NCBI GenBank assembly: GCA_000182565.2
Contig: KQ257465.1
Strand: one strand, 5' to 3'
Source of the DNA: Spizellomyces punctatus DAOM BR117
Lineage: Eukaryota
Length of the DNA: 55,235 nt
Positions 22,981 through 38,466 of this stretch are shown piece by piece. Positions within the stretch are counted from its first letter, which is position 1. Each line of letters begins with the position of its first letter. Under the pieces are notes generated by a model. The model saw nothing but the letters and a program-made list of their open reading frames with translations, did no database searches and had not been told where the DNA came from. The position numbers and the translations under genes are program-made.

Positions 22981-24427
22981 GGTTGGGCGGTTGAGCATAG
23001 CATAGCGTTTGGCTCATTGGGTTTAGTATTTCTATTTGAGATTTGGGCAGTTTATATGCTGAATTTGGGGTTGACTGCAAAGGAATGGCGTGCGTGTGGT
23101 TGCCGAATACAAAAGAACGAGGCTGTACTCTTTCGGGCTGTTATAATATAATTATTGATGTTGCAATTCCTGTTTACGGGTTTTCTTTTTTTCGGGTTTA
23201 ACCCCATTTTCGAGCTCTTGACTGGCTTTGGCACGACGGTTTTGCATTGCAATACTCGTTAATGTCTCTTTCCACTTTCCTTTGGACAAAGTAGATTTCA
23301 AATGATTCCAGATCCCATCCTGTAACAGGGTATTATGCCTTTCTGTGACCCGCTGTGCACACACTGCCTTACAAAGCTTTGCTTGAATTTTGCCCGTAGT
23401 ACCCTGTGTCCGGCGCCGAGAATAGGCGAGATGCATGTTAAACCATTTGTTGTATCGATCCAATGCGCACGCCGATATGATACTGGCATAGAGGAGGAGG
23501 GGAGCAAGATAGCAACAGTCGCTCGTAATGCTGCCCAATCCAATGAATATGGAAATTTGGTGCCGAAGCATCAAATACATCTGTTAATCCCATCAGATTT
23601 CGCTTCCTCCAGGCGACGCCCGCGTATATCCAGCTCACTTCTTTTGGTCATATTCGGTCCCTCCAAAATAAAGACCAATGGTTTTCTCGATCACAAACGC
23701 AGCAAAGTCTTGCAACAGAATAAGAATCGGTCTTGTTGCCGCAGGTTCCGTTGCATCCAAAAAGTTCCAAGGCGACGACAGCCGGGTCGTGTGTTGGGTG
23801 GATCTCACCACGGAAAGGAATTAACTAGGGCAGCGTAAAGTGGTTGCGCGCTGAACATGGATACAGTTGACTTAAATTGTCTTTTGGATGTGATGAACGG
23901 TGTTGGTAACTAGTTTACAATTATATTCATGAACTACTGCAACATCGTGCCAAAAATCTTGATAAAAGTTACAGGCTTTCATAAATGTGTTCAGATCACA
24001 TCAAGGTTTCCAAATGACTGATTGGATGATATGGAGTTTGGTACCCAAGACCGTTTATAACGTATGGCACTTGACGCTTTGCGATGTCCTATTCTAATCG
24101 AGTGAAAGCGGCGGGCTGGACAGAGTTTTTGTCGTGCGTTGCTCCGAATGGGTATTGTTGAATCTTTGCAGACTAGTAATTTTACATGCTTTTGCGTTCA
24201 TGAGACCAAGTCACAGATGAGAACCTTCCTCCATGACTGAGAGACGCTAATGGAGCCTTTGCAATCATCAACAAGCTCTATCTGATAGACATGCGTTATC
24301 AAAATCCAGCTTTGTTTATACTTGTATGCTGCGCCTGCGCCAAGTGGCACGGTCCAGTTAGCAAAGCAAACGGGAAATCGCAACGTCCTGCAACCTTCTT
24401 GACCAAAAAACAGTAATTTAATGTAGC

Positions 24428-25683
24428 ATGGGTCGAAAGAAACAAAAAGTCCTTCCCCCCGACTCCCCCCTCTGGGCAAACCAAACCGCATTCCGTGTAG
24501 TTGAGCGGTCATGGAAGCGAAAAGAACATGCACCAGATCTCCTCAAAACTCTTGTAGATCCCAGTCGAAATGCGGCAATAGCCGTTGAAGCGGGTCTGCT
24601 AAAGCCAGTTGCGCTCTCTGACGATCCTCGTCGGATATCACCGCATTTTGGGTTTTCTGTTGAACCTGATACGCCATTACCACCCGCATATGAATTAGTT
24701 AATGTCCCCGGACTCGTCATTATTCCAAACATGTTCTCTCCGTCAGCCCAGCGAACCATTATAAAACAGTGCCTAAAAGAATACACTCGACATCCCAATG
24801 TAACCAACCTTGACACGCACTGGAAACTACCATCAGCAGGGATCTGGAACCTTCACGAACTAGTACGAAAAGGAGAAATAGCATCAGGTGCTGAAGAAAC
24901 GCTTCTCCGCATGCGACATGACGGAACCGTGGAAGGGGCACTCAAAAACGGATACGATAGTGATGTGAATGAAGCTGGGATCAAAATCGATCCCCCAACG
25001 ACCGATACACATCATCTGACACACCTAACACCCCAGGATGCACTGTTGCGGCTTCGATGGACATCCCTGGGGTTTCAATATAATTGGTCAACCAAAGAGT
25101 ATCATCTGGACCGCCGGCCGTCTTTTCCACCACTTATTGGCGAATTGTCCACGGCGATTGTGGAGGCTGTACAGGGTGTGACGGGGTATGAGGCTCGTCA
25201 ATGGAAGGCAGAGGCGGGGATCATCAATTTCTATGGATTGAAAGATGCATTGATGGCACATCAGGATCGGAGTGAGGAAAATGCTGCGGCGCCGCTTGTG
25301 AGCTTTAGGTGAGTGTATGGCGTTTGTCATTAAGATGTGAATAATCTTCTGATTTGAACGATCAGTTTTGGACATTCGTGCATCTTTCTGATTGGTACCG
25401 AATCACGAGATGATATACCTACCTCAGTGGTTTTGAGAAGCGGCGATGTTCTTGTTATGCATGGGCAGTCTCGGCTCGCTTTTCACTGTATGTAATCCTA
25501 GCGGTTGACATGTCGTGCGTGTTCTAATCGACGAGTTGCCCTCTCATAGCCGTCCCGCGAATCCTCGAAAATACCCTTCCCGAGTACCTTTTCCCGCATG
25601 TGGATGAGGCACCTGATTGGGACCTGTTTGCAGAGTACATGGCTGCCTCAAGAATTAATATCAACGTGCGACAGGTGAAATGA
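24428..25683 (+). CDS. ALKBH1: AlkB-family 2OG-Fe(II) dioxygenase, ALKBH1-like, 3 exons
   Basis: LRWTSLGFQYNWSTKEY, AEAGIINFY, LMAHQDRSE (HxD), LRSGDV, H..PR, RININVRQV. Confidence 0.9.
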
Positions 25684-25891
25684 CGGATTGGACTCAAAGT
25701 TGCAGTTAACTTGTAGTTATTATTTATAGCGTGGCTTAATGTAGAGAAGGACATGTTATTAGATAGGCAAACATCTTGAATAGGTATGCAACCACAACAT
25801 GTGCCATTGTAATATGCAAATGTGGCAAGAAAACAACCATTGATATAACAAGGTTCTATAATAGTGACTCTATTTGTAAAAAGAGTTCTAG

Positions 25892-26630
25892 TCATTGTAC
25901 AAACCCAACCATTCTACACCACCCTTCTACCAATTCTGCCGCACCCCCCCACCTCCAAGCCCAATACCATCCCGCAGCAAATACCGTTCCCACAACCCAT
26001 CCCACGCCTACTTGGGCAACGGTATGTTTCCCCAGATACACCCTCGACCACGCTACAATTAATCCAAACACGTTTAATCCGATCAATATTCCTGATGCTG
26101 CTGTTGATGGTTTTGTTGGCGGATGCGGATTGTGGGGAGAGAGGACCAGGTAATAAAGGGTAAAGTAGGTTGCAAAGTAGGCTGTGACTTGGGTATGGGA
26201 AGAGGGCATGCCGTGGGTATGGGAGGAGAAGATGCGGGTAATAATGTGAGGGGGGGAAGTTGTGGAGGGTGACGAGACTTTCTTTTCTAAAACAATCGAA
26301 GGACGGGGTTGACGGATAATGGTTTTCAAGAGTTTGGCTTAAACGCAATCATGTCAGACTGAGTGTGCTTTGTATAAAGAAGTATTGAAAACGACGGACC
26401 TACAAAGCTACACGCGACTCCACCTGCAGCGGTCCATAGGACTTGTGGGGATCGAGTGTAGAGAATGGTCATTGCCACGGCAGCAGTGACAGTGAAGCGT
26501 GCCTAGCAAGGACAAAAAGTTTTGGTGTAATGGCAAGGGTGTCATGGGCAAAAGTATGTCATTGGGTTTCTCTAGGTTAAAAAAAACATACATGCTTTAC
26601 GACCGAAAAAAGGGCCTCGCGTTTCCGCAT
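25892..26630 (-). CDS. PAP2-family lipid phosphatase, dolichyldiphosphatase (DOLPP1/Cax4)-like, 3 exons
   Basis: KTIIRQPRP, GMPSSH and SRVYLGKHT motifs. Upstream exons MRKREALFSVVKH and ARFTVTAAV... are bounded by GT-AG. Confidence 0.82.
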
Positions 26631-26997
26631 GTTTCCTACTAAAGTGCGACAATCGGTCGCAGGTCCCTGGCGTACTGGTAAAGAGCCAGCGTTCACACAG
26701 GGAGGTCCGTAGAGAGCAACTCGACAAAGGTTTGGGCAAATGGTTTACAGCCCGTTAAATTCCCGCAAGATGGAAAAAACCTCCAAACTCTTTGTTCAGA
26801 TCCGTCGTTCCTTTCAGTCCGATCGCGCAGCGGAGAAAGCTAATGACACATTTCATGCACGTTCGATCCTCGCGTGCGACAAAAATCATTTTGTTTTTTC
26901 CGTCATTGATGACGTCAGCTTGACCCTCCGACATCCTTCCTTTGCGATCCTTTGAATCCTTTGGCAAGCCGCTCAAGACCTTCTTTCTTGGCAGGAA

Positions 26998-27019
26998 ACA
27001 CACACACACACACACACAC
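26998..27019. repeat. (CA)n microsatellite
   Basis: ACACACACACACACACACACAC in intergenic DNA. Confidence 0.85.
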
Positions 27020-27659
27020 GTTTTTCGACCAAAGGGCATAAACACCTTTTTTTTATCGCAAAGCATCTGACTAGAGTTCCTGAAGATGACGAGATCCGAT
27101 TGCCATATTACGCCAAAAAGAGGATGACCTCAATTTGGAACACTTTTTGTTTGTCCATGTGTTCCTGCCAGCCCCCATGGGGCAGTGCCCACAAAAAACA
27201 CCATATAGAGTGCAAAAATACACCACAATGTCATGATAGCCTCCCCGTTAACTAACGGCAAAAACGAGTTATTGATCCGCAAATGTGGATAGGGATCGCT
27301 AACCCCTAATGGCCCAGTTGAGCGCTTCAATTTCCTTTTTTTTGTGCCTTTTCCTACAGTGTATCGTTTGGCAGGTGTTGGTCATGCCCATTGGAGGACT
27401 TTCTAGAAAACGTGCAGGGGTAGACGTCAGCGGAAGAACAGCGAAAGGAAAATTGTGCAAAGATGATGGCATATTGGTCGTGCGTTGGTCGCTGACCGAG
27501 TCATTTTCAAATCGAGGGATTGAGAAAGCCCCTCCATTCCAGAGTGTCTATAAATTCAAGGGTTTGGACATCCCCCTTTTAGTCTATAGCAATCGTATTC
27601 CAATTCGCAAGCTTCAACCCGTCTCCATAGTCATCATCCCAAACCCCCTGTTGAAAATC

Positions 27660-28995
27660 ATGCATCTTCTCCAATCTTTAGCCCTAGTCGCCGCATCCCT
27701 TACGCTCGCAATCGCGCAACAATCCACACCTCCCGCGAATATGTACGATACGTTAGCAGCACACGCAAACAACCAAACCACCACCCAGGGTCAAACGTAC
27801 GGAACCTTTTATGGTCTCGCCCAACGTCTCTCCGACATTGGCAATGCTCTTAAACAAGGCAACACGAACCGGACTTTGTTTGCGCCGACTGATGATGCAT
27901 TCAGAAAGTTGAACGATAGCGATCCGACTGGTTACCAGGGTTTGGTGGCCAATACGCAATTGCTCACAAATGTTTTAAAGTGTAAGTTGAGCAAAGAGCC
28001 TTTTAATCTCTATAAAAAGCTTTAGGTTAACCTTAAATAACCTTAAATTCTTAGATCACCTTTTGGCAAAGGATCAGTACTTTGACCCTACGCGTGTCTC
28101 CGCCTACCGCGGATTCTACGGTACCGAACTCGACAAGGGTCAAGTTGTCCGCATCGACGTAATCGACGGCAGGTTGAACAACGGCAGGACCACTTTGACC
28201 AACGGCGTAAACTCATCCAGCACCGTCGGTACCATCCCCGCCTCCAACGGTGTTATTTACGGGATTGATTCGGTCCTCGTTCCTCCTTATAGTTTCAACA
28301 GGACCCTAGCATCCAAGGACTCGACCAGCGCCTTCCAAGCCTTGCTTCAGCAAGCTAACCTTACGACCAAGGCAGATTCGCTACAATACGTCACCATCTT
28401 TGTACCAAACAATGCCGCTATACTGGCACTTCGATCAACTGATGCAAACCTCTCTGCAGCCATTTTGTCAACTACACTCGACCTCCACATTGTTCCCCGC
28501 GTTATCTACTCCACGGAAATTCCACAAACCGATAACAATCCAGTCAATGTCTCGACGGCTGCTCCCGGTTTGAATGTCACTGTTCGTAAAAGCGGAAACG
28601 ACATTTCGGTCTCAGGGCCTGGAAACCGAATCCCAGCCAGGGTTGTCGATGGAGACATTTTGTTTGCGGGCGGTGTCATTCACATTATTGACAGCGTATT
28701 GCTCCCCAATGTCAACGCGAATGGAACGGTCCAAGGTCTCCAAGGTGGTGCAGGCAACCAGCCCGACACTCCTGTCCAGCCTAATTTGCCACAGGACAAC
28801 ACGGCGCAAGGTCCTATTGCTGGTGGTGGGGATGTCAGCAACATTAGGGATGTCAGCAACAGTAATAATTTGAGGGGTGTCGGTGGTAACAGTGGCTCTG
28901 GCTCTGGCTCAAGCTCTAGCAGCGCGGGCAAAGCTGTAGAGTCGTCCTTTGGTGCTGTGGTGGCTATGGCAGTGGCAATGATTGCCCTCTTGTGA
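27660..28995 (+). CDS. Secreted, probably GPI-anchored protein with two fasciclin (FAS1) domains, 2 exons
   Basis: Signal peptide MHLLQSLALVAASLTLAIA; TLFAPTDDAF / NGVIYGIDSVL and TIFVPNNAAI / GGVIHIIDSVL; Ser/Gly stalk; hydrophobic C-terminal tail. Confidence 0.9.
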
Positions 28996-29512
28996 GATGC
29001 CTATCAAGAGATTCTAGTCTCGAGTCGTTCTCTAGGAGTGCTGTATCATATTCCTTGACACTAGGTGTCCAAATGTAGTTGTAATATATGTCTCTGTATC
29101 TAAGCTAAACATTTTTTGCACTGCATTTGCTACGTTTATAAAGGATGCATTACGATGGTAGGATTAACAAACATTGCTCCCGGCAGAGGAAAAATGTTCC
29201 ATAGGCAGTAATTCGTCAGTGAATGTCATGGTACTGCTTGACACTGCTCGTTATGCAATATTGCGAGTGTGGCATGTCCGAGGTTGTTTAGCTTCCAACG
29301 TGAATCAATCTGCTCCTCTTCCATACTGCAGGGGCAACAATAACTGCTGCCAAATACTTGAAGAAAAAAAATATATTTACACTCATTTCGAACATTCCAG
29401 GTGAACTTGACGATATTGGGCGGTACGTAAAAAGAGCCCAACACAACAGACAGAAAAAAAGAAGTAAAATTATAACATCTGTCCACCAAAGTTCGTACAG
29501 AGACATCATGAT

Positions 29513-31068
<1,556 letters not shown>

Positions 31069-31770
31069 GATGTGTGTGTAAAAGGAGTGTGTGTGTGTTA
31101 GATGCGTATGCGTATGTGTGAAAAGTCCTTGTTGAAAATCAAACGGAAAGCGCAAGAGATGAAAAGGAAATCCAAACAAGAAAGCTGCGTTTTATAAACA
31201 AGGACGAAACTCGACATCTCCCGCATCTTTTTGATCTCCAACCAAATCAGTAGATGTCACGTGAATCATTTATCTATTTTCATCAATTAGAAAGAAAACG
31301 TCACTTTGGATTTTGCTGTGCATTCCAGCATCTCACCATTCTCCATCTCTCGAATTTAAACATTAGCATGACTTGGATCTCTACCGCCAACGCATGGCAG
31401 CTGTACAGATGCAAGCATCCTGAACATTCCTACCTGCACTCGTTATTTCCACCGCAATTCACATGGTGCGGTCGGCTTGTCATGTGCAGAAGAATCACAA
31501 ATCTCTTTTTTTAACCATCCTCTAAAGCTGTAACGAGAGTGTGTGGTACGCTAGGGATTGATATGTCAAGAAAGGCTGGAATGCTGAGCACGCTTTCTCC
31601 AAAATATCAAGTTGCATTGCACCAGTTGATCACACATAGAGAATCATGATTTCACAACTTTTACACATATTTCAAATGCCGTAAGGCCAATAATGATATA
31701 AGAAATTATACATGATAAAGGATCAACCTCCATATTCACAAAAGGTTCACGCAACTGGGATCCGGACGTC

Positions 31771-34368
31771 TCACTTTTCTTTTACACTAGAGTCGTCAAG
31801 ATTCCGGGTTTCGTGCCTTTTCACAATCACAACTGAACTAGCACTGTCCTCGTCCACCCACTTTTTCAATGTCCCGCCAGCCATGCGCGCAAGAGTAGCG
31901 TATGTATCGTGACCCACCACAATCAAGTCCTTGCGTCCAAATGCGTTACCTCGGGATGTAACGGCTGACAAGGCATCAGTGGTGTTGATGTTCTCGACAG
32001 AGACATTGGTAGGGTTGATGTTGGTGAGTGTGGAAATGGATGTGTCGTTGAGTGTAGATTCAGATGTTGCTTCTCCTGAGGATGATGAGTGGAGAACATC
32101 GATGGCTAGCGTGGCGGATGATAAGTCCTTGTTGTTGTCTCCTTGTACTCGCACTCGGAGAACAGTGACTGAAAGCCCGGGGTGAGAAGCTAATTGTGCG
32201 ACGAAGCGGAGAGCTTCCCTGTCGTCCTCGGTGCCAAAGAATGGAACAAACACGTGCTGGTTTTGTCCTGGGATGGTTGCTGACGGCTCGACAACTTGCG
32301 TCGACGACACGCCAAATCCACGGTCAACAAATACTGCCACAGAGCAAGGTGCGGCTTCAACGACATCCTTCACAAAGTGGTCGTTCATGCAGCTCTGCCT
32401 GGATTCTCCTGGAGGCTGTTGCCATGGAAGAAGGATCAAGTTGATCTTCGAGTCCACACTGGTTTCCACAATGTTGCTTGGAAAGTCTTCGGGTGGGGAG
32501 ACGGTGACGAGGGTATGTACACTCACTCTGTTGAGCTGACCAAAGGTTCGGAACACGTTGATAACCGGATCTGCACGCATTGTCTCGCCTTCGTTGGCAG
32601 CCATCATGTACGTCGATGTACGTTCTGTCAGTCGGATCAACCGAAGGGCAAATACACTCAACGAGGAACGGGTCGTCTGGAACATTTGTGTGACGCTCAT
32701 CATGGCGGGAACAGTAGCCATATTGGGCAGGCACAAAAGAACTTGGATACCGCCTCGCTCGTGGTTCGAGTTGGACTCCCATTCATGCTTCTCAAGGTCG
32801 TGATGCGACCTTGACATTGATAGAGTATCGTGCGACGCAGCGCGACGGATATGCGTGTAGAACTGTGGCGGGTAGATGAAGCTGATAATTGGTGTTGTCA
32901 TGAAGGTGGTTACGAGGGCCATAATGACGAACATGCTGAAAATCTTTTGGTTGATGACCCCAGCTTCGTAACCCAAGTTCAGTACGATAAGCTCCACCAA
33001 ACTGTAAAATGCCGTAGGTTAGCACCACTGTCGCGATTGACATGGTAAGCATATCTACATACCCTTTGGTGTTCATCAAAAAGCCAACAGCAAAAGACTC
33101 CCGCCAGTTGAATCCGGTGAATTTGGCTGCCGCAGTGCAACCAACAACCTTGCCACCACAAGCAACCAGAATTACAAGAATAGTATATCCCCAAGCTTGT
33201 CCATCGCTGAGGGTACCGATGTTTGTGTTGAGGCCAGAGAGGGCAAAGTACTAGAATGTGACTTTATGTTGGCATCTTGCAAGTAACATGGCACAGATAT
33301 CTAAATACGTACCAAAGGAAGCAACAGAATGGTGACAAAGTCTTCAATCTTTTCAGTCAGTTTGATTGCAAATCCATGGTCATGGGGAGTAATCAATCCG
33401 GCAAGGAAACCGCCAAAGATAGCATGCACACCCGCAGCTTGCGTAAACCACGATGATCCAAGAATCACAATAAATGTGGCTAGCACACTCAAATGGGAGA
33501 TATGGTCGTTGTCAGCGCCCCGGCGAACAATATACGCCAAAAGGGGGCGAACAGCTATGACGAGGAAGAGACCCCAGGCTACAACGAGAAGGAAAACGTA
33601 TACAGCTGTAACAGAGTCGCTGGGGTTGTTGATAAGGGCGACTACCAGGATCAAGAGACACCATGCTACACCATCATCGACAGCGGCGGAAGCAAGTGTT
33701 ACTTGGCCAACGGTCGTTTGCAACAGCTTCAGCTCGGTTAGAATACGTGCAAGAACGGGGAAGGCTAGATTCCGTCCAATGGATTAATCAATTGTAAAAA
33801 AAAACCAAAAAACACGAGATCCTTGCTCACCAGTGATTGACATTGCCACACCACAAAACACAAAAAAGGAGTAAAAAGGCACAGTCTTATCCGCGAGCGT
33901 ATCGTAGATGGCTTTACTAACGCCCACACCGACGGCAAACGGAACGGCGATTCCCGAGATGGAAATAAAGGCGGACTGCTTTGCTTTCTTCATGAGGGTC
34001 CGGGGGTCAAGCTCCAGTCCCACAAGGAACAAGAAGAAGATGAGGGCAAAGTTGGCAATAAGACTGAGACGGGGGATGGACGACTAAGGAGGCGGTGGGT
34101 GTTAGTTTCAACTGCAAGGCATCATGTTTTCAACGTAGCTACTTACAGTAGGAAAGACATTTTCCTTGAAAGCTGCGCTCCTCGACAAAACGGAAGGCCC
34201 CAACAGGATACCACCAATAACCTCAGCAATGACGCGCGGTTGCCTCACATATCCCAATAGGATCGCCAGTAACCTCGACAGCACAATGATAATCAGTGCT
34301 TGAAGGAGGAAGAGGGCGACGGGGTCGGTGAGAGGGTTCTTCCCCGAGAGAATACTTCCTTCTGCCAT
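31771..34368 (-). CDS. KHA1: K+/H+ antiporter (CPA2, Kha1/CHX type), multi-exon
   Basis: [67 protein letters not shown]-terminal [12 protein letters not shown]. Confidence 0.93.
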
Positions 34369-35092
34369 TTGCGGTAGTGTGCAGACTTGGCACTAAAAAG
34401 TTACGTCTCGCCGTGGGCCAGAAAAAAGACCTGTACGTAAACTTGGCAGACGGGAGGGCTGTGGCAAAAGGCAGGTGACTTGGAGGGGGTGAAAGAACAC
34501 ACTTGGTTTTTATAACACTTTCCCGAAGACAAGACACGTTTGGTCAATTCGATAGCTGATGACAATCCTACCAACTGCGCCACGGCTCGCGAACGCGAAA
34601 CGCAATGGGCGGGTTTCACCCCTTTAAGCCACTTTGCCGCTCTGTTACATGACTGTGCCGGTAGTCTCCCTTTGAAAAGAGACGGGACTCGTCATTGGAC
34701 CGATCCGCCAAGTTTAAATTTCATGCCAAGGCTCAAGTTTTGAATATGCCAAGTCAGAATATATTTTAATTCCACTCCCATATATCGTATCGTTCATTAA
34801 AAAGGCTCGATAACTCCCATCTGCCAAGTCTGTGCTTTACGGCCAAGGACTTGCAAACGGAACATACGCAACTCCCGCGGCCCGCCGCCGGCAGTCGTTC
34901 TGGGCGGCGCAGTCCGCTCATCTGGAGGGACAAGGTTCCAGACACCTGGCTCGCTTTTTAAACTTTGGCAAAAGCCTCCGAAACTCCGCCCACATGAAAA
35001 GTCACGTGGATGGTGAATAGTCACGTGCATATCCAGGACTCGCACTGACATCACCGTGCTGGTTCACCTCATTGTCGACATGAACACACAAA

Positions 35093-35809
35093 ATGTCATT
35101 GACAGAGGCAAGCAAGATAAAGGCCATTATAGTGCCTGGAAATGGTTGTGACGACGTCCGGGACTCTGTCTTTTATGACTGGCTTGCCCAACGCATCCGT
35201 CCATTATTTCCAGGTGGAGTCATTTTACGTGACTTTCCTGACCCGTATGTTGCTAGAGAGTCCATTTGGATACCATTTATTCTCAATGAACTCGGGTGTG
35301 ATGAGAATACCGTATTGATTGGGCATTCTAGCGGGGCGAGTGCGATTATGAGGTTTGCAGTGGACTTGTCAGGCCATTCAATGGAGGTGTTTGTTCACGT
35401 TTGATTGGTTGATTAGATTGCTTGAATATCATAAAGTTTTGGGGGCTGTTCTTATATCTGCTGCTTTGACAGATCAAGGAATTGAAAATGAGGTATACCC
35501 CGCTTGTTACCAGCAAACAACTTTTCATCTTATCAGTTGCTTACAAGCGTTGTACCCTTCCAATAGCGAGCGTCCGGCTATTATTCCCGCCCATGGCAAT
35601 GGTCCGCCATGACCAAGAATGCCAAATTTATCATCCAAATATCATCTGAAGACGACCATCTGGTCCCCATCGATGAACAGCGGACTGTCGCCAAGGGACT
35701 TGGTGGAGATGTCGAATATGTGGAATTCAAGGATATGGGGCATTTCTTAATGTCTGAAGTACCACAGATTGCCCAAGTCATTGAGCGTAAGATGAAAACA
35801 TTGGAGTAG
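35093..35809 (+). CDS. RBBP9: RBBP9/YdeN-family alpha/beta serine hydrolase, 3 exons
   Basis: KAIIVPGNG, FPDPYVARESIWIPF, LIGHSSGA (nucleophile), SGYYSRPWQW, SEDD, GHF. Confidence 0.88.
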
Positions 35810-35939
35810 AATGAATAGTGTGCTGCCTGTTCATGTACAAGTAGGAGGTAGACCTTTACAAATATACCCATTGCTAGCCAACTTGGCTTCGCGAGGCTAA
35901 GCCGCTCCTTTTCTCACTCTACAATCAAACATCATCTGC

Positions 35940-38466
35940 ATGCCTCGTCACGTCCAAACACAATCACAGAACGACGTGCTCGTACAAGAAGCAATCACCA
36001 CCCTCCGTCAGACTATTCAAGACGACCGTCATGTGTCACATTCCTCAACCTACCACCTGTTCAAAGACCCAGTCGAGATCAACAGTCTGAGAAAGGCCCT
36101 TCTCGACTGGTACGATGGCCACCAGCGTGAAATGCCCTGGAGGACTCCTTGTGGTTCCAAAGCACAGGTGGGACATGCAGAAAGGATATAGCCAGCACGA
36201 GAAAAGAAAATGAATTGCTTATTCAACGGACCCTGTGTTCAGTAGACGTCTAGCGTATTGCCGCCATCTGAGAAGGAAGCGGCACAAAGGGCATATGAAG
36301 GTTGGCTACAAGTATTATCTTGAATATTTGTTATAAAATTCTTGACAATCGATTGTATTAAGTTTGGGTCAGCGAGGTCATGCTCCAGCAGGTATGGATT
36401 TAAGGTACTAATTGTTGGAAAACAACGAGTTGAAGCGATCTCCCCTGTTCATGCAAGACCCAAGTAGCGACCGTTATCCCATACTATAAAAGATGGCTTC
36501 AGAATTGGCCTACAATTCACGATCTGGCAAAGGCACATCCAGAAGTAAGCAACGTAAAGACAGTGGAGATGTTTTCAAATCTAAACCTCGCGCGCTCTTT
36601 CGCAGGACGTAAACAAGGTGTGGTCGGGGCTCGGATATTATTCACGTGCTAGAAGACTACATGAAGGTTCCCAACTCGTCGTCCGCAAATTTGAGGGAAT
36701 CCTCCCTCGCGATGCGAAATCTCTCGAAAAAGAAGTTCCCGGTATTGGACCATATACAGCAGGTGCAATTGCCTCGATTGCTTATAACCTACCGGCACCA
36801 CTTGTGGATGGAAACGTCGTACGTGTATTGTCCCGTCTGCGAGCTGTCGCTGGAGATCCAAAGGGCAAGGATGTGATATCATTGCACTGGTGCGTTGTTT
36901 ATGCGGTGAACATGATCCACCACGGCTCTCTAGATGTTGACACGGATTTTGATAGGTCTTTAGCCAAAGATATTTTGGATCCGGATAGGCCCGGTCACTT
37001 CAATCAGGCATTAATGGATTTGGGAGCTACGGTCTGCACGCCACAAACCCCTGATTGTGTTGCGTGCCCCATTAAGGAGTTTTGTCGTGCGAATGCTGAG
37101 GTACGCTTTTGTAAATATCTTCTGTCCAAGATCTTGACGCTATGAACTGACTATGGGTTGGGTCGTAGCAAAGGGCCCAGATTCTCCTTGCAAAGCAAAA
37201 GTTCCTTGGTACAGGGAATGTGGATAGCCCAGCAATGAGTACCCTGGGTATGTACTAGCGCTGTTACGATTATCGTAGACCATCAACTGATGTTCCCTGT
37301 AGATCTTTGCAAGCTGTGTCCTCCACTGATGGACATTGAGGAAAGTGGTGTCAAGCGATATCCTGCCAAGGCAAAGAAAAAGCCTCCGCGAGAAGAAGGT
37401 TGGAAAGTGACCTCGTTGCTCGTTATGCAACAATGATATCATTGCTAATCTATCTGGGTAGTTCGCGCTGTGTGTATCTTGGAACACGTTGGGGCACATA
37501 AAGAGTCAAAATTCCTGCTTGTTCAGGGACCAAAGGAAGGTGAGCGGCCCCAGGGAACATTGTTTTCGAAGCATGGAGAATGAGCCTGCTAATCATATAT
37601 ACGTTTAGGCTTGCTAGCAAATCTTTGGGACTTTCCTAACATTGAGCTGCAATTGCCAGAGCCAAGCACTGACGGGACAGGTGGAGCATTGCAAAGCAAG
37701 TCGGGTTCGGTTATAGAGAACATTCAATACGGCACGTGGAAGACAGCTATAGACGAGTGGATGGGCACACATCTGAATATCAGCCTTTCGTCATTGCAGG
37801 ATGAGAACAGAACAAGAGCGGAAGTCACTGTCATAGATCGGATGGATTTAGGCTCGACGCTCCACCTGTTCTCGCACATTAAACGTGTGATGGTGGTGGA
37901 ACACGTCATCATCACCGGCGAAATCCAGTTGCCCTCCAACGTGACTGCTAAGACTAGCACATCTCCAGAGACGCTCATCAAAGGCAAATCCAAACCTAGG
38001 AATGCAAAAGAAAAAACAGCGGATACTGGGGTTGAGACTCGGCCACTACGATGGTTTACAGAGGCTGAAATGATGGGTGATTCTGCCGCTGTTCCCGCAA
38101 CCTTGAAGAAAGCATTTGCCTTACTCGTCAAGGCTAGAAACGCAACCATGAAAACTAGAAAGGCGCCCGGGAATGCACAAAGAAAGAAACGGAAAGCTGT
38201 GGATGAAGACGTTGAGGATGATGCTGGAGATGTTATTCAGCCAGAGCAAGTAAGAAAGTCCAGGGTTTATTTGAACAGATTTTATTTGATCTCGATGACT
38301 CAGTCCATTTTTGTAGTCCACGCCATTAGCAAAACGGACCCAATCCAGTAGCAGTAGAACCACAAAAGTGGTGAGAGCTAAACAATCAAGGAAGGGCGAC
38401 GTCAGGGATGCAGGATCTCAATTAAAACAGTCGGGAATAGCCGCATATTTGACTCGCCAGCCATAG
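35940..38466 (+). CDS. MUTYH: A/G-specific adenine DNA glycosylase (MutY/MUTYH), multi-exon
   Basis: REMPWR, VWVSEVMLQQ|TQV, WSGLGYYSRARRL, PGIGPYTAGAIAS, VDGNVVRV, FeS motif CTPQTPDCVACPIKEFC, GLLANLWDFP, HLFSH. Confidence 0.94.

Noticed and set aside
25681-25719. TGA-CGG readthrough context after ALKBH1, giving an extension ending AVNL
   Set aside because: The extension does not end in a convincing PTS1, and no conservation evidence is available.
27309-27659. Upstream in-frame extension of the fasciclin ORF
   Set aside because: A TATAAA at ~27549 and a clear signal peptide beginning at ATG 27660 indicate the downstream start.
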